From assembly GCF_009834535.1 (NCBI RefSeq), contig NC_045696.1, positions 27,716,001 through 27,780,000 on the forward strand: a stretch of 64,000 bases of DNA. The letters run 5' to 3'. A program made the position numbers and the translations under genes. The notes beneath the pieces are model-generated. The model searched no databases. It was not told the DNA's origin and saw nothing but the letters and a program-made list of their open reading frames with translations. Below, one piece after another: positions 1 through 11,627 of this stretch (the stretch's first letter is position 1; each line of letters begins with the position of its first letter). This stretch comes from Camelus ferus (lineage: Eukaryota).

Positions 1-126
1 TCATGCTGGACACTTGCATTAGCCTGAAATAATCTATTGTTTATATTCGTGTTCATTACTGTTTAACCGAGCCATTTATGTATAATGTGCCTTCGTGTAG
101 AGAGTTTTTATGTGGTTTATATCATG

Positions 127-1022
127 CAGTTGTTTGCTGGATCCAAATGTACTTGTTCACAAGAGCTGATTGATGCATTCTTGGGGATTTTATGAACTAG
201 TTAACAAAACTCATTACTTAACAGTCTATTATTAAAATTAAATTATATAAATTGATAACTAAATATGTTAAAAATAAAGCTGATAGACACCAAAAACTCA
301 TAATTTCCTAGTTATTTCCCTATAGTTTTACTATTAACAATGCTCTTGAGGTTGTTTTATTTTATCTGTGTGGGAGAAATACTGTGTAACCGTGTGCTAC
401 TGAGCATGACTTCTCAACTTTTCATTTGGTGACGTCACATCAGTGGCTTGAAACTACATGGCGCAAGTGTGTATGCTGTGGAAATTGGAAACAAAACCCC
501 ACGTATCACTACATATCAGGGCTTAACTTACTGATTTGCTGATTGGACTTAAAGTGAAGAAAATGTTAACAATGCAGTTTAGGTGTTAAAATGTGTCCTG
601 TCAGGAGTCATTACATTGTGAATAACACATATACAAAGAGAAAATATTCTATTCTTCAAAAACTATTAACCATTTCAGCAAAGAAATCATTCATACTATT
701 GACAAACAGGTGAAGTTCTAACATACATTTTTATTGTAACATTTTGCCTTATTTCTTAGTATAAATGAAAATGTCAACCAACATTCATGTCAGAACTAGA
801 AATGCAAGGAGAGGTTGGCTATAGATAAAAAAGTTAGGGAAAGCCAATAAAAATGCCCTCTAAGAAACAACTGACTGTGAAATCTACAATAATAACTATG
901 GTATGTATGACATTATTACTTATAAATTATGTGCCATACATCCTTACATTAGTATTATGCTACATACGTACCCACCCCCCTTCCCTCTGGAGAATCCATT
1001 GTTAAACACAATCATATCACTG
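127..1022 (+). mobile_element. MER63-family (MER63C-like) hAT DNA transposon, near full length
   Basis: Begins cagttgtttgctgg and ends gttaaacacaatcatatcactg, matching degenerate CAGTGGTGTGCTGG...CACCACTG termini. Internal blocks (attattaaaattaaattatataa; tgctcttgagg; gtgacgtcac; ggttggctatagata) are collinear with the recalled MER63 consensus. Confidence 0.75.
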
Positions 1023-1859
1023 CTTACATAAAAATATATAAAATATAACAAGGCAATATATAAATTAAAACTATGTGCTAAAATAAAATAAAAGGAGAGG
1101 CATAAAAAATGGAGCCAGAAGTGAGACTTGTAAAGAAAACAAGAAAAATAACGTAGTTACCAAAGCCAACTAAGGTTCTCTGAGTAACCTAAATCAGTTC
1201 CAAACTTCCTAGCAGACACTGTGAAAAACAAGACCCAATGGGTTGCTAATTCATAATGTTTATTAGATGAAAGCATACTGATTACTTAGAAGAAATCATT
1301 TTTAATCCTATGTTTATTTGTAGCAGCTTGGGCCAAGTTCTGATCTTCAGGTTATAATGAACTACAAAAGTCCCCAAACAAACTAACAAACAGGAAATAA
1401 TCACCTTCTATCTTCTAAAAGTCGAACATCTTCTTTTGGCTAAATCTCTTTATTCTATTCACTAAAACATTTTCATTCTTTTAACTAAAATGTCCCAGTA
1501 TTCTGAATTTAATGGTTCCCTTGGGAGACAGCATCCCTGGAAGAGTCTTCTCCCTGGACCCACCCTGTGAGGAATAGGCAAGTTCCACCCGGGAGAGTGG
1601 ATTTCAAAGTTCTCTGAAGGAGGGGTTGGTTATCTCGCAGACTGTCTTTCTGTTAGTTTGGAGCAATCACAGACTTGACATACAGTTGTATTAAAAGAGA
1701 GTACAAAACTGCATTGCTCACAGTTAAAAATGTGTATCACATTATTTGCATTTGTTAATCCTAAATCTTTCCAGCTATCTCTCCTACTTTATCAACCCTG
1801 TGAATTGTGTGACAGATTATACTGAAATACCATTTCTAGGATATGCCGTACACTTAGGT

Positions 1860-2190
1860 GCATTTTCTTCTGCTTAAGACATTTACTCTTTCAGTCTGAA
1901 ATGCCTTTCTACCCTTATCTAAGATAAAGAATTTATTTACCCTTTAAGACTCAGACATGCTAACTCTTGATCCTCCCCACAAGAGTTAATAGCTTTTTAT
2001 TCTCTGTTCCTAGAAGATATTCTTTTGACTATCTGTTTTTTAAAGATTTTGTTAAGCTCACTAATTCAGCTGTTTGCATATTCACCTCTGTAAAACCGAA
2101 GGCTCTTTGGGGTGAGGTCTGTGTCTTTGTAAGGAACGCTCAGGGTAGAAGTGCTTTATGCGAAACAGGCACTCACAGGTGGATGACAAC
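1860..2190 (+). mobile_element. L2 LINE 3' fragment, highly diverged
   Basis: tctgaaatgcctttc...ccctttaagactcag...ggctctttggggtgaggtctgtgtctttg...aggcactcac resembles the L2 3' end. Boundaries approximate. Confidence 0.5.
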
Positions 2191-5100
2191 TGCATACTGA
2201 TGTTCAACGATGGGTGAAGACAATCAGTACCTTCATAATCATTATTAGAATTTTGTTTCATTGCCCATCATATGAGTCAACTATAATGGCATAGACAAAT
2301 AGCAACACTTGGGTTCATCTTCCTCAGAATGATAACAATTAATGAATACACTTGCTAATAACCAGATTTTAAGAAAGCTTACTTGCCAATAGGATAAAAC
2401 TGATTTTTCTGTAGAATTTTTAAATTGCTCATCTTTAAGGCTATAACATCAGGTAAAGTTTAGATCTTAATAATCAGATGATTAAACAGGGGAAGAAAAG
2501 GGCCAATTTTTTTTTGAACGCCTTTATTTTGGTAAGAAAGGTGCTATTTTTTTTTTAATACACTAAAAAGAAGAAAACCAAGTGCTATTTACAGTTTTAC
2601 ATTTAATTTTATAGTGTTTGTCATTAATTAGCAGTATTAATTTTTAAAGGGAAAACATATTTCAGGTAATACTAATTGAACATTAGCTGGATGTTTTATT
2701 TTAGGCTTTTCTTTCATCTCTAATAAAATCACCAATGAGTTTAGGAATCTTTACTTTTAAAATACAAAATAAAACCACTATAGCATTTGTTAACAGTTTT
2801 TATACCCACTTTTTTTTTACCTTAATCAATCTAATATCTAGTTCTAGTAATCCTGAATCAGTTATTGAATTATATACATCATATTTTTATAATATGCTTG
2901 AATCAAATTCCCAAACTTGCCTATATAATTATTTTTCTTTATTTCCAGATGATGGAAAACTTCTCTCATGTTTATCTAGGCCACATTGCCCACAAACATA
3001 AACTAACACTGACTAAAATGCTTGATTATTGCAATTCTTACTGAATTATTTAGAAAAATAATCATCCTGCAATAAACACAGTAGAAATTGTGCTTATGAC
3101 ATTCTTCATGGTGGCTGCATAGATCCTTGCAAATATTCTTCATATCTAACCATGCAACGAGCATCATTTTCAGCCACAATGATTAGTGAAGCTAATCACT
3201 ACTTTATGTATATTATTGGCATGCGATTCTTATTCCTCTCCTATTTGTCCCTCAGAACCATAGATGAAATGTTACAATGCCAAATACATGTTCTATGAAT
3301 TGCATCACTCCATTGAAAAGATGAAAATTATGATTTTATAAAATAATAAAGGGAGGTCTGGTCATGTTCTGGCTGTCTTCTTTCCCCTTTCTCCAACTTC
3401 GTACTCAACCCCTTGAAGGCGAGGCTAATCCACTGGCTGCCCTGGGACTGGGGCCATTCTGGTTTATATCTAAAGATCAGTGGAAAAATGAAATTGAGCC
3501 AGATCTCTGAGCCCCAGGGACCTTTGGCTGCCTAAAGTCTTGCAGACCATGGGGCTGTCAGGAAAGCTCCTGAAGTTTGAGGGTGTGTTCAGATGATAGT
3601 CTTTTGCATAGCTCACATAGCTTTTGCTTGAATACTCTCCAATTTATATCACTCCTTATGTCCAAAGATAAAGCTACAGAAGATGTCTGATCTCTGATTA
3701 AGGTCATGTCCAGAAAGAAAGTTATCCATTGTGCTAAACTTTCTAAATAATATTAAGAAATAGCTAGTGTGTAATGTTTTGGCAACAAAACCATCCACAC
3801 CAGTAATTTCCTTCAATAATTTATTTCAAATAATTTGTAGACTTAAGCATATTTGAAGGCTGTTATATTAAGCAGTATTTTCTTCCTCCTTATTCAGAAT
3901 GTTTTAGGATTCACCTCAAAATGATCTTTCATTCTATGAATATAATTTAAAATCTTGTCATTAGTAAATGTAGGCCTCAAATTCTGCAAAACATTATTAC
4001 AAGTTTATTAGTTTATAGTGTAACTTATTACTTATCCAGTTAGGTTATACATAATCATTGCTAGGCTTCACAAATTTGGGGCAAGATAACATATATTCTA
4101 GGGAAAAATATAGATTGTATTTTATTATAAGGAAGGCTATTATAATAAATATTTTCTATAAATAGAATAATAACATTATTATTTATTTTATATTATTATA
4201 GGGAGAATTTAGAAAATTTTGAATGAGATATTTTTAAGGTTTCAATTAAAAAAATACTTAGTTCTACAAAATTTCAGTGTTTCTCCTTTTTCTCCAAAAT
4301 TTTACATTTCTCTAGTCTCCTGCCATCTCTAGGCAGGGCACTGAACTGAAAGGAAAGCTTAGATTCTCTTTTCAAGCCATCAGGAAAGTAACGCAGTTCT
4401 CAATGACAGTAAAAATACAGGATTGCGTCCACTGAATTTCATACTTTTCTAAGGTCAGATAGACATTTGACCCTTTCTGAAATTTTGAAGCCTACCACTA
4501 TGGATCTTTATTAGCTGCTGCACTTTGGAGCCAGAATTCTTAGTGCTTTGCTGGTAAGCGTTGCCTCTTGCAGCAAGACTAGTCCCTTTATAATAACCTT
4601 CTCCTCCCTGCAAGGTCAAGGAGCTAGGAGCTAGGGTATATAGGATGGGTGGGCCCTCCTACCCCAACCTTTCCCCTGCCACCCTCTGCCCCTGTCACTC
4701 AGTGGGTCTACTGCACGCCTCCCCCACTTTAGAAGGCTCCCGAGAATGACTTCCTCACACTGACTGGAGGACTAAAGGGCCCCATTGTGGAGCTGTCTTA
4801 TCTTACATTCAAAGGAAATCTAAGTGATTCCAGGAAGTACAAATGGCTTTGATTACTGAAGCTATTTCTTCTACATAAACTGAACATGGCTTCGAGAAAT
4901 TACTCCCCAGCTTAACAGGGACTCGGTCCTCACCCTTGTCCTTCTTGGTTTCCTGTAAAGAATTACTAGCTTCTGTTGTCTGAGGTTTTCCATGAATTAC
5001 TTTTTAAAAAATCTTTATCAGGTGATGTTTATTCTTTAAGATTGCATTTAAGCACTACTACCTTGTTTTAGTTTAGTTCTGATAACAATTGTAATTTAAG

Positions 5101-6570
5101 AAATTATACCATTGATTTTTTTCCAGAAGTAAGGTTCTTTTTGAAAAATTGTGAAGAAAATACATTTATCTTACTGTATACAAAGTCACGTGGCTAATTA
5201 GAAGCCTCTAACCTGCAAGGGTAAGGGATATGGTAGAGCAGAAAAATAAATCACTATTAAAAATTGAGATGGAAGTATCAGTTTTTACCTCAATTTTTGG
5301 CAGTTTGACTTTTGTTATCTATCTATTTGCAAAACTATATATTTAAAGGAACAAAGGCTGATAAAAGATGCTTCCTCAATAAAACTACACATGTTCTATT
5401 CATTCCTTTTTCAAGAGTTCCAGTATATCTATTAAGACTATGAAAATCTAATGAATGAAATTAGTTTTTAAGAGAGTAATATATTTTAGAGACTCTCATA
5501 CGTTTGAAAAATAGCAGTAAATGAAGAAATTATTGGTGATTTAAGAATTTATTGTGAAGAAGCATTGTCAAGAAATTAATTGTATACGTTTCTACAAATT
5601 CCCCCAATGTGCATAAACATCCACATAATGAAAAAGGAATTAGTACCCTGGGTTCTTTTTCCTCATTTGATTAACATGCCCATTTTAGAAAAAAACACTG
5701 GTGAAAGATGTGGCTTTTGAATGAAAAAGAAGGGGGAAAAAAAAAACCCATAGTGTCACAGATGGCTGTCAGAATGAAATGAAGCATGGGTCTGTTGAGG
5801 GAATCAAACATGAGTGTGAAATCTGAACAGAAAGGCAGGGAGCAGAAGGCAACATTTCAAAAGGCATTTGGCACCAAGTGGCATTGTGAGGGTTAATTTA
5901 CTGCCAGGAGCTGCTGGGCCTTTCATTCTCCATAGACACACAATAGACAGATCCCCAAAGTGCCCATCATAATCACAGATGCTGGGGGATTAATGCTAAG
6001 ATGAAAGCTTCATGAATATTAAAAATATCAAAACTGCTAATGATGGAGCAGAGTTTGAAAAAACATTCAATCTCGAAATCTGAGAATATGGCACGCAGGC
6101 ATAGTAAGACACTGTCTTTTAAAAACTGATTAAAACCTACTCAATTTGTAGCAGAAAGAGGCTTATGCATATTAGGACCTGGACTGGCTGCCAAACTTTA
6201 CAAATTGCACAGACTAATTACCATAATTAAGCCTTGGATGGAAGAAGAAAATTCCATTTATCTCAGGCTGACTCAGTGGAACTTCAACAAAGAAAGTCCT
6301 GACATCAGATGGGCTTTTCCCTCAAATGATATTTCAAAGCCCACTAAAAATAAACAAACAAACAAAAGGGGCCCCGTCCTCTTAGAAGCAGGAATGGTAA
6401 CCATTCAGTGTAAAATAGAGTTAAAGGGAAGAATTATTCAATATTACAAAAGCTAGTTTAGGGAAGTTTAAAGTTTACAATGCATGAGAAGTTCTATTAA
6501 AAAAAGATGTGCATTTCCTTAGTCTAAAAAAAATCTGAGTTATAAAATACTTGTGTATATGATTGATAAC

Positions 6571-6873
6571 TTTTTAATTTTAATTTTTTAATTGAGATAT
6601 AATTAACATATAACATATTAGTTTCAGGCGTACAACATAATGATTCAATATGTGCACACTTTGGCAAAGGATCACCACAATAAATCTAGTTATCATCCAT
6701 CAATACATATAGCTACAATTTTTTTCCTTGTGATAAGAATTTTAAGATCTACTCTCTTTGGAACTTTAAAATGCACAATAGACTATAATTAACTATAGTC
6801 ACCATGCTGTACGTTACAACCCAGGACTTATTTTATAACTGCAAGTTTGTACATTTTGACCACCTTCATCCAT
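6571..6873 (-). mobile_element. LINE-1 3' UTR fragment (L1MA9-like), 5' truncated
   Basis: T-rich tail followed by ttgagatataattaacatataac...gtttcaggcgtacaacataatgattc...aagatctactctct...ttaactatagtcaccatgctgtac, the typical antisense L1MA 3' end. Confidence 0.85.
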
Positions 6874-7778
6874 AGAATGGATAAAAATTTGAGAGCCTTC
6901 TAACTGATTGCATTGGCTTAACAAAGAGTTCTGTATGATTTAGAATTTGGTTAGCTTGGTTTCTGATGAGGATAAAGATGCGATAACTTGCTGCCTATCT
7001 ATCTTTCCACTAATATGGACATCAGTATTAACAGAAGTAAACCAGGTTAGATCGTATTACAATTTTTTATTCTTTAGCTTTCTTAAATCATTTTTAAAAA
7101 GCCAGGACAGCAGGTGTAATGGTTATTTCCATGTCTTACCTAGCCTAAATTCAGTTTATCAATGAGTCAAGAGAACTTTTTCAGAAAAAAATGTAATCAT
7201 CAAAGTTGACATTATCTTTCTGGATAGTAAAATTGCTACATCTATGACTATTTTTTGAAACTAATTTCTGACACTGAATAAAGGATTCAAAACAGTTACA
7301 TCTGATTATGGAAAGCACTATGAACAAACTTCTATTTAATCAGTGTTGAACATTTGGCTTATATTTTGGAATGGATTGATTTTGAATCAGAGTAAAGCAT
7401 TTGCACTTTTATTTTACAACAGTTGGGTAGAACTTGCAAAACTGATTGTACTTTAATTTTATTGGTTCACACGTGGAAATGTTTTTTGGTGTGCCTATAT
7501 TTCAATGATTTAAAAAAAAATTGGTAACCAAAGTTTTAACTTTCTCCTTTCTTTTATCCAAGTAGTAGCCTTTTTAACTTTAATTTTTCTATTGCCTTCA
7601 GTCTTTCTCCCACTAACCTATTCTTCAGAATGATTCAGGACACAAATATGATGATGGTGTTTAACTTTCCTCCCCTAGTGATTGGATTTCAGACTGAAGC
7701 CCAAATTCCCTAGCACAGCATCCAAGACCATTATAATGGCCCACAGCTACTTCTCTATCTTCATTTCTTGTTAACCTT

Positions 7779-7855
7779 TCTTCCTTCCTTCCTTCCTTCC
7801 TTCCTTCCTTCCTTCCTTCCTTCCTTCCTTCCTTCCTTCCTTCCTTCCTTCCTTC
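7779..7855. repeat. (CCTT)n tetranucleotide microsatellite
   Basis: Roughly 18 tandem cctt units seen directly. Source of the spurious 7661..7978 ORF. Confidence 0.98.
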
Positions 7856-7879
7856 TTCTCTTCCTTCTTTCATTTCTTT

Positions 7880-8003
7880 CTTCCTCCCTATAAATTTTTT
7901 TGACTCCGTATGTTTTAGGCAGTGAAGTAGCCACTGGGGATAAATATCTAACAAAAGAAATACAACTCCCTGGCTCAATGGAGATTACACTTTAGTGAAC
8001 AAG
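7880..8003 (-). mobile_element. L2 3' end fragment
   Basis: ccactggggataaatatctaacaaaagaaatacaactccctggctcaatggagattacactttagtg matches the antisense L2 3' terminus. Confidence 0.6.
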
Positions 8004-8107
8004 AAATAAATTTTAAAAACCCTTTTCACTCTTTTTCTCCTCTGAAATCACCACCACCCCACACCTGTGCACATACATATGTAGTTTTCTCGTTTCTAAT
8101 TGCAAGC

Positions 8108-8293
8108 AGAGAGGAGGTACAGTGTAATGGCTAAGAACATGATTCTGGATTTTTGTTCAAATCCTAGCCCCATCACTTAGTATGCATTTGGGCAAGCTGC
8201 CCACCATTCCTATAGACCATTTCTCTAAGGGTTGTTGTGAGGATTAAATGAATAAATACTGTCTGGCACATAATCCTTGTAACTATCATTATT
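8108..8293 (+). mobile_element. MIR SINE
   Basis: gtgtaatggctaagaacatgattctgga...ttcaaatcctagccccatcactta...ttgggcaag...gggttgttgtgaggattaaatga, MIR head, core and tail motifs. Confidence 0.85.
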
Positions 8294-9900
8294 AACACAG
8301 TCATTACTGCAAAGGAAGGGAATCAAAGTGATGATGGCCTGTGACTGAGGAGTTTCATCCAATCCGAGGGGTGAAAAGCTTCTCTGATGAAGTATCGAGC
8401 TGATTTCTAAAGGATGTGCTGTTGAAGGGGAGTGATAGTGAACCTAAGTGTTTTCCATTCAGAAAGAACTTTCCCGTCGAGACCCCGAGGCGTCCAGCAG
8501 CCCAGAGTGTCCTGTGGCCTGAGAGGAAGCCAGTGAGTCTGTTGCACAGAATGAAGTGTGACAAATGAGGCTGCCACTCTGGTTCATCTTGTGGAGGGGC
8601 TGTGTTTTCTATTATTTATAAATTTCCTAGACTTTAATATCCCCTGGCCCTCTGTTTGTTACAGTCTTTTCCAAAATCCGCCTACTTGTTCTTCAGACGG
8701 ATTATACAGCATTTCCTTCTGGAAGCTTCTGCCTCTGGATCCTGAGCCCCCAGGACCACCTCTCCCAGGGCTGCACCAGGTGCGTCTATGCTGTGTAAAC
8801 CCACGTCAGAGCAGCCGTTGCTCTGAATCCTACTTTTGTGCTTCTGCATGGGGAGATACCTGATCACAGGGTTTTTGCCTTATTTATCCTCGAATTGACA
8901 TTGTCCTGATACCAAAAATGGTCTCGCATACAGTATGTGCCAAAGTGTACAAGTTTGTCAAGTGAATAATTGAATTAAAGTATATACTCTCAAAGCATAC
9001 CCTGAATGTTAAGACTGCAGGTTCTAAATGAGAATAGATACCCAACAATTTGGTGTTGGGGATGCTTCGAAAGATCGTTGTCCTGCGAAAGCCAGTATTT
9101 CCCTGGTGTATATTAACTCTCATTATAAACACAGACTGATTCTTTCATTTTTTAATGAAAGACATAGTTGAAATTCCCATTATGGATTTTTTTTTAAATG
9201 AGGGGTAAGAGAAATTTAAGGTAAATTAAAGAAATCTTCATCAGACTTAAATTTTATCTCTGCAAACATTCACCTACTCAGAAAAACAGTACAAATTTAA
9301 CTAAAAATTTAGGAGAACTGACTTCATTTTTAAAAGACATCTTTATCAAAAGCAACAGTTGATTACGTATTTTCTTCCTACACGCTAAGATATATTACTT
9401 TTCTTGTTTGTATTTATCTTTACGTTCTCCTTCCTTCTAACCTTAACATGACTAGTCACAGTTGATATTCATTATTAATATCCTATGACACTAAAAGCAG
9501 ATACAGCAATGAATGCTGTGACCTGAAATTGAGAGGATACATTGTTATCCAGCATCTACCGCACCGCCCTTCCCTCCACTTCCTTCCCATCCTTTTTTTT
9601 TTTTTGTCCAGGGACACATGCCTTTTGCCTGGGCAGCAACTGCACAGCTGATTGTAACAAGCTCCAGAGACTGGAAATGCCCTTTCCCTTCTTAGCATCT
9701 GTCTTTTGAGCCTAAGTGCAGAGGACTGTGACAAAAAACAAAAAACAAACAAACAAAAACTCATTTTGTCAGTTATTCTAGACTATAAATACGAACAGAA
9801 CATTTGCCCTGCCCTAAACAGGGACTCAGCATTGTGAAAAAGGTTTGTCTATGACACATAATTACAGAGATCTGCCTTTGCTGTGCTGGGTCACAGTGCG

Positions 9901-9902
<2 letters not shown>

Positions 9903-9932
<30 letters not shown>
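9903..9932. repeat. (GT)n microsatellite
   Basis: About 15 perfect gt units. Confidence 0.98.
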
Positions 9933-9935
<3 letters not shown>

Positions 9936-11221
9936 TGCACATGCATCGTGAGAGAATGAGTAGGAGATAGGGCTGGAAACGAAAACTAGGATCAGGGGTG
10001 TAAAGGGGGCAAAGTTTTAAATGAGATAAAGAAGAAACAGCCATTCTCACCAGGGGTTGAGTGAGAAATACATGAGAAATACAAAAGAAAAAAATAATTG
10101 AAGTGACTATGATCTCTAGTCTCCCAAGGATGGGACATAACAAGTATCAATCTAGAAACAAAGGAAATAAGTTAACTCATTCCTGCAACAGCTGCCTTAG
10201 AGCCTTATGACTCTGTGAACTCTGGTTGACCAGGGCTGGCCAGTGATGACAAGGAGGCTGAAGCTAGTGACGGGGCCCCAGCGAAACCATCACAGGGTCA
10301 TTTGCTTTGCACATTTGCCAAAGCATGATTTTTAACTTTAATCTATGAAGGCACTTTTTAAAATTATTTTTTATTTCCTTTTCTGAAGTAAAGTCCTATA
10401 AATTTCATAAGCTTCCTGTTCAACAAAAAACTGGATCCATCGTAGAAATGGGATAAAAGAGAATAGTTTACACTTAGAGGGTTCCAGTGCTTCCTCCAAA
10501 GCCCATGAGGGAGGGGACTCTGGCGGTGGAGGTGGGAAGCTGCAGGTGGAGGGCCAGGTCACCCGCAGAGAGCGAGACTGGCGGGAGTGGCTCAGTGGAC
10601 TCAGGGAGCTGTCCAGGTTTGGAAGACGCTCTGAGGGAATGGCACATGCAGCTGGCTAGGAGCATAGGGTGGGATTGACACGTTCTGGTAAGAACTCAGA
10701 TGGGAAGGGGATCAGAAATGGGTGAGCCTCCTTGTTAAGAAGCTTTCCCCAGCTCAAATGGGCAGAGGTAGAAGAGAAAAAGAGAAGAGGTGAATTGCTG
10801 GGTGGCCTTTGGGGGCTGCTGGGGTAAGATGGTAGAATGAGAAGGGACCTTCTGAAAATAATGCGGCAGGGAAGTGTCAGAGCTGGCGCTGGGCCCCGCA
10901 TCACTCCCCCAGCAATCAAGCTGCTGAAAGGAGACGTGGCTAAACTGATGATCAGGATTAGCTGTGGGTATGAGGTTATTCCAGTTATGGGAGATACAAC
11001 ATTAGAAAATATCCTGAATGTCTGTATTCTCTGAGGCAGAAACAACAAAAGTCCCCCCTGAGGGAATAAGTCGTGATTTAAGAACCTCAAGAAAGGGTGA
11101 GTTTGGCTTAACTTCCTTCTCTCTTTCTCTCTCTGGTTTTAAGTTTCACCATTTCTAAACAGGGTGGTGGTTTTGTTCTTGTAACCCAGAGTTCGTAAGA
11201 ATGCTCTCTTTCTTAAAAACA

Positions 11222-11262
11222 AAGAAAGGAAGGAATGAAGGAAGGAAGGAAGGAAGGAAGAA
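11222..11262. repeat. (GGAA)n imperfect microsatellite
   Basis: aaggaaggaatgaaggaaggaaggaaggaaggaag seen directly. Confidence 0.9.
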
Positions 11263-11589
11263 AAGAGAAAAGTCCATATAATCTCCAGGTACCGATGTTG
11301 AATAAATAATGGACACACAACTGTCCTTAATTAGGAAGACTGACCTTCAGTGAACTAAGCCCCTGCCTTAAGAATTACATTACAAGTTATCTTACTATAC
11401 TTTTATTGATATAGTGGGTTGGTGGTATCACATTAATTCAACTCAACAAAACTGTTTCTTCCCACCACTGCAGGGTCTTTAGAGCATCCGTGATGTTTGG
11501 ATGTTTCTTGAAAACTTCTGAAAAATCCCATTAGCTTTAAGGTGCTGATGACTTCAATGTTCAACCACATCCCTTAAAAATTTCAAACA

Positions 11590-11627
11590 ATGTTATTGTC
11601 AAATATATATATATTTGACAATAACAT
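11590..11627. repeat. Perfect 38-bp palindrome
   Basis: atgttattgtcaaatatat|atatatttgacaataacat. The two 19-nt halves are exact reverse complements. Confidence 0.97.

Noticed and set aside
2949..3001. Plus-strand acceptor followed by DDGKLLSCLSRPHCPQT*
   Set aside because: An isolated acceptor-like motif with no supportable upstream exon. Such motifs are common in AT-rich DNA.
7661..7978. 105-aa ORF with EGRK repeats
   Set aside because: Translation of the (CCTT)n microsatellite.
10562..10575. CTCF-like motifs (also near 49825 and 60645)
   Set aside because: Each misses several core consensus positions and cannot be supported without PWM scoring or ChIP data.
10656..11090. 144-aa minus-strand ORF
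   Set aside because: Non-ATG start, L/P/S-rich composition explained by pyrimidine skew, and no recognisable domain.
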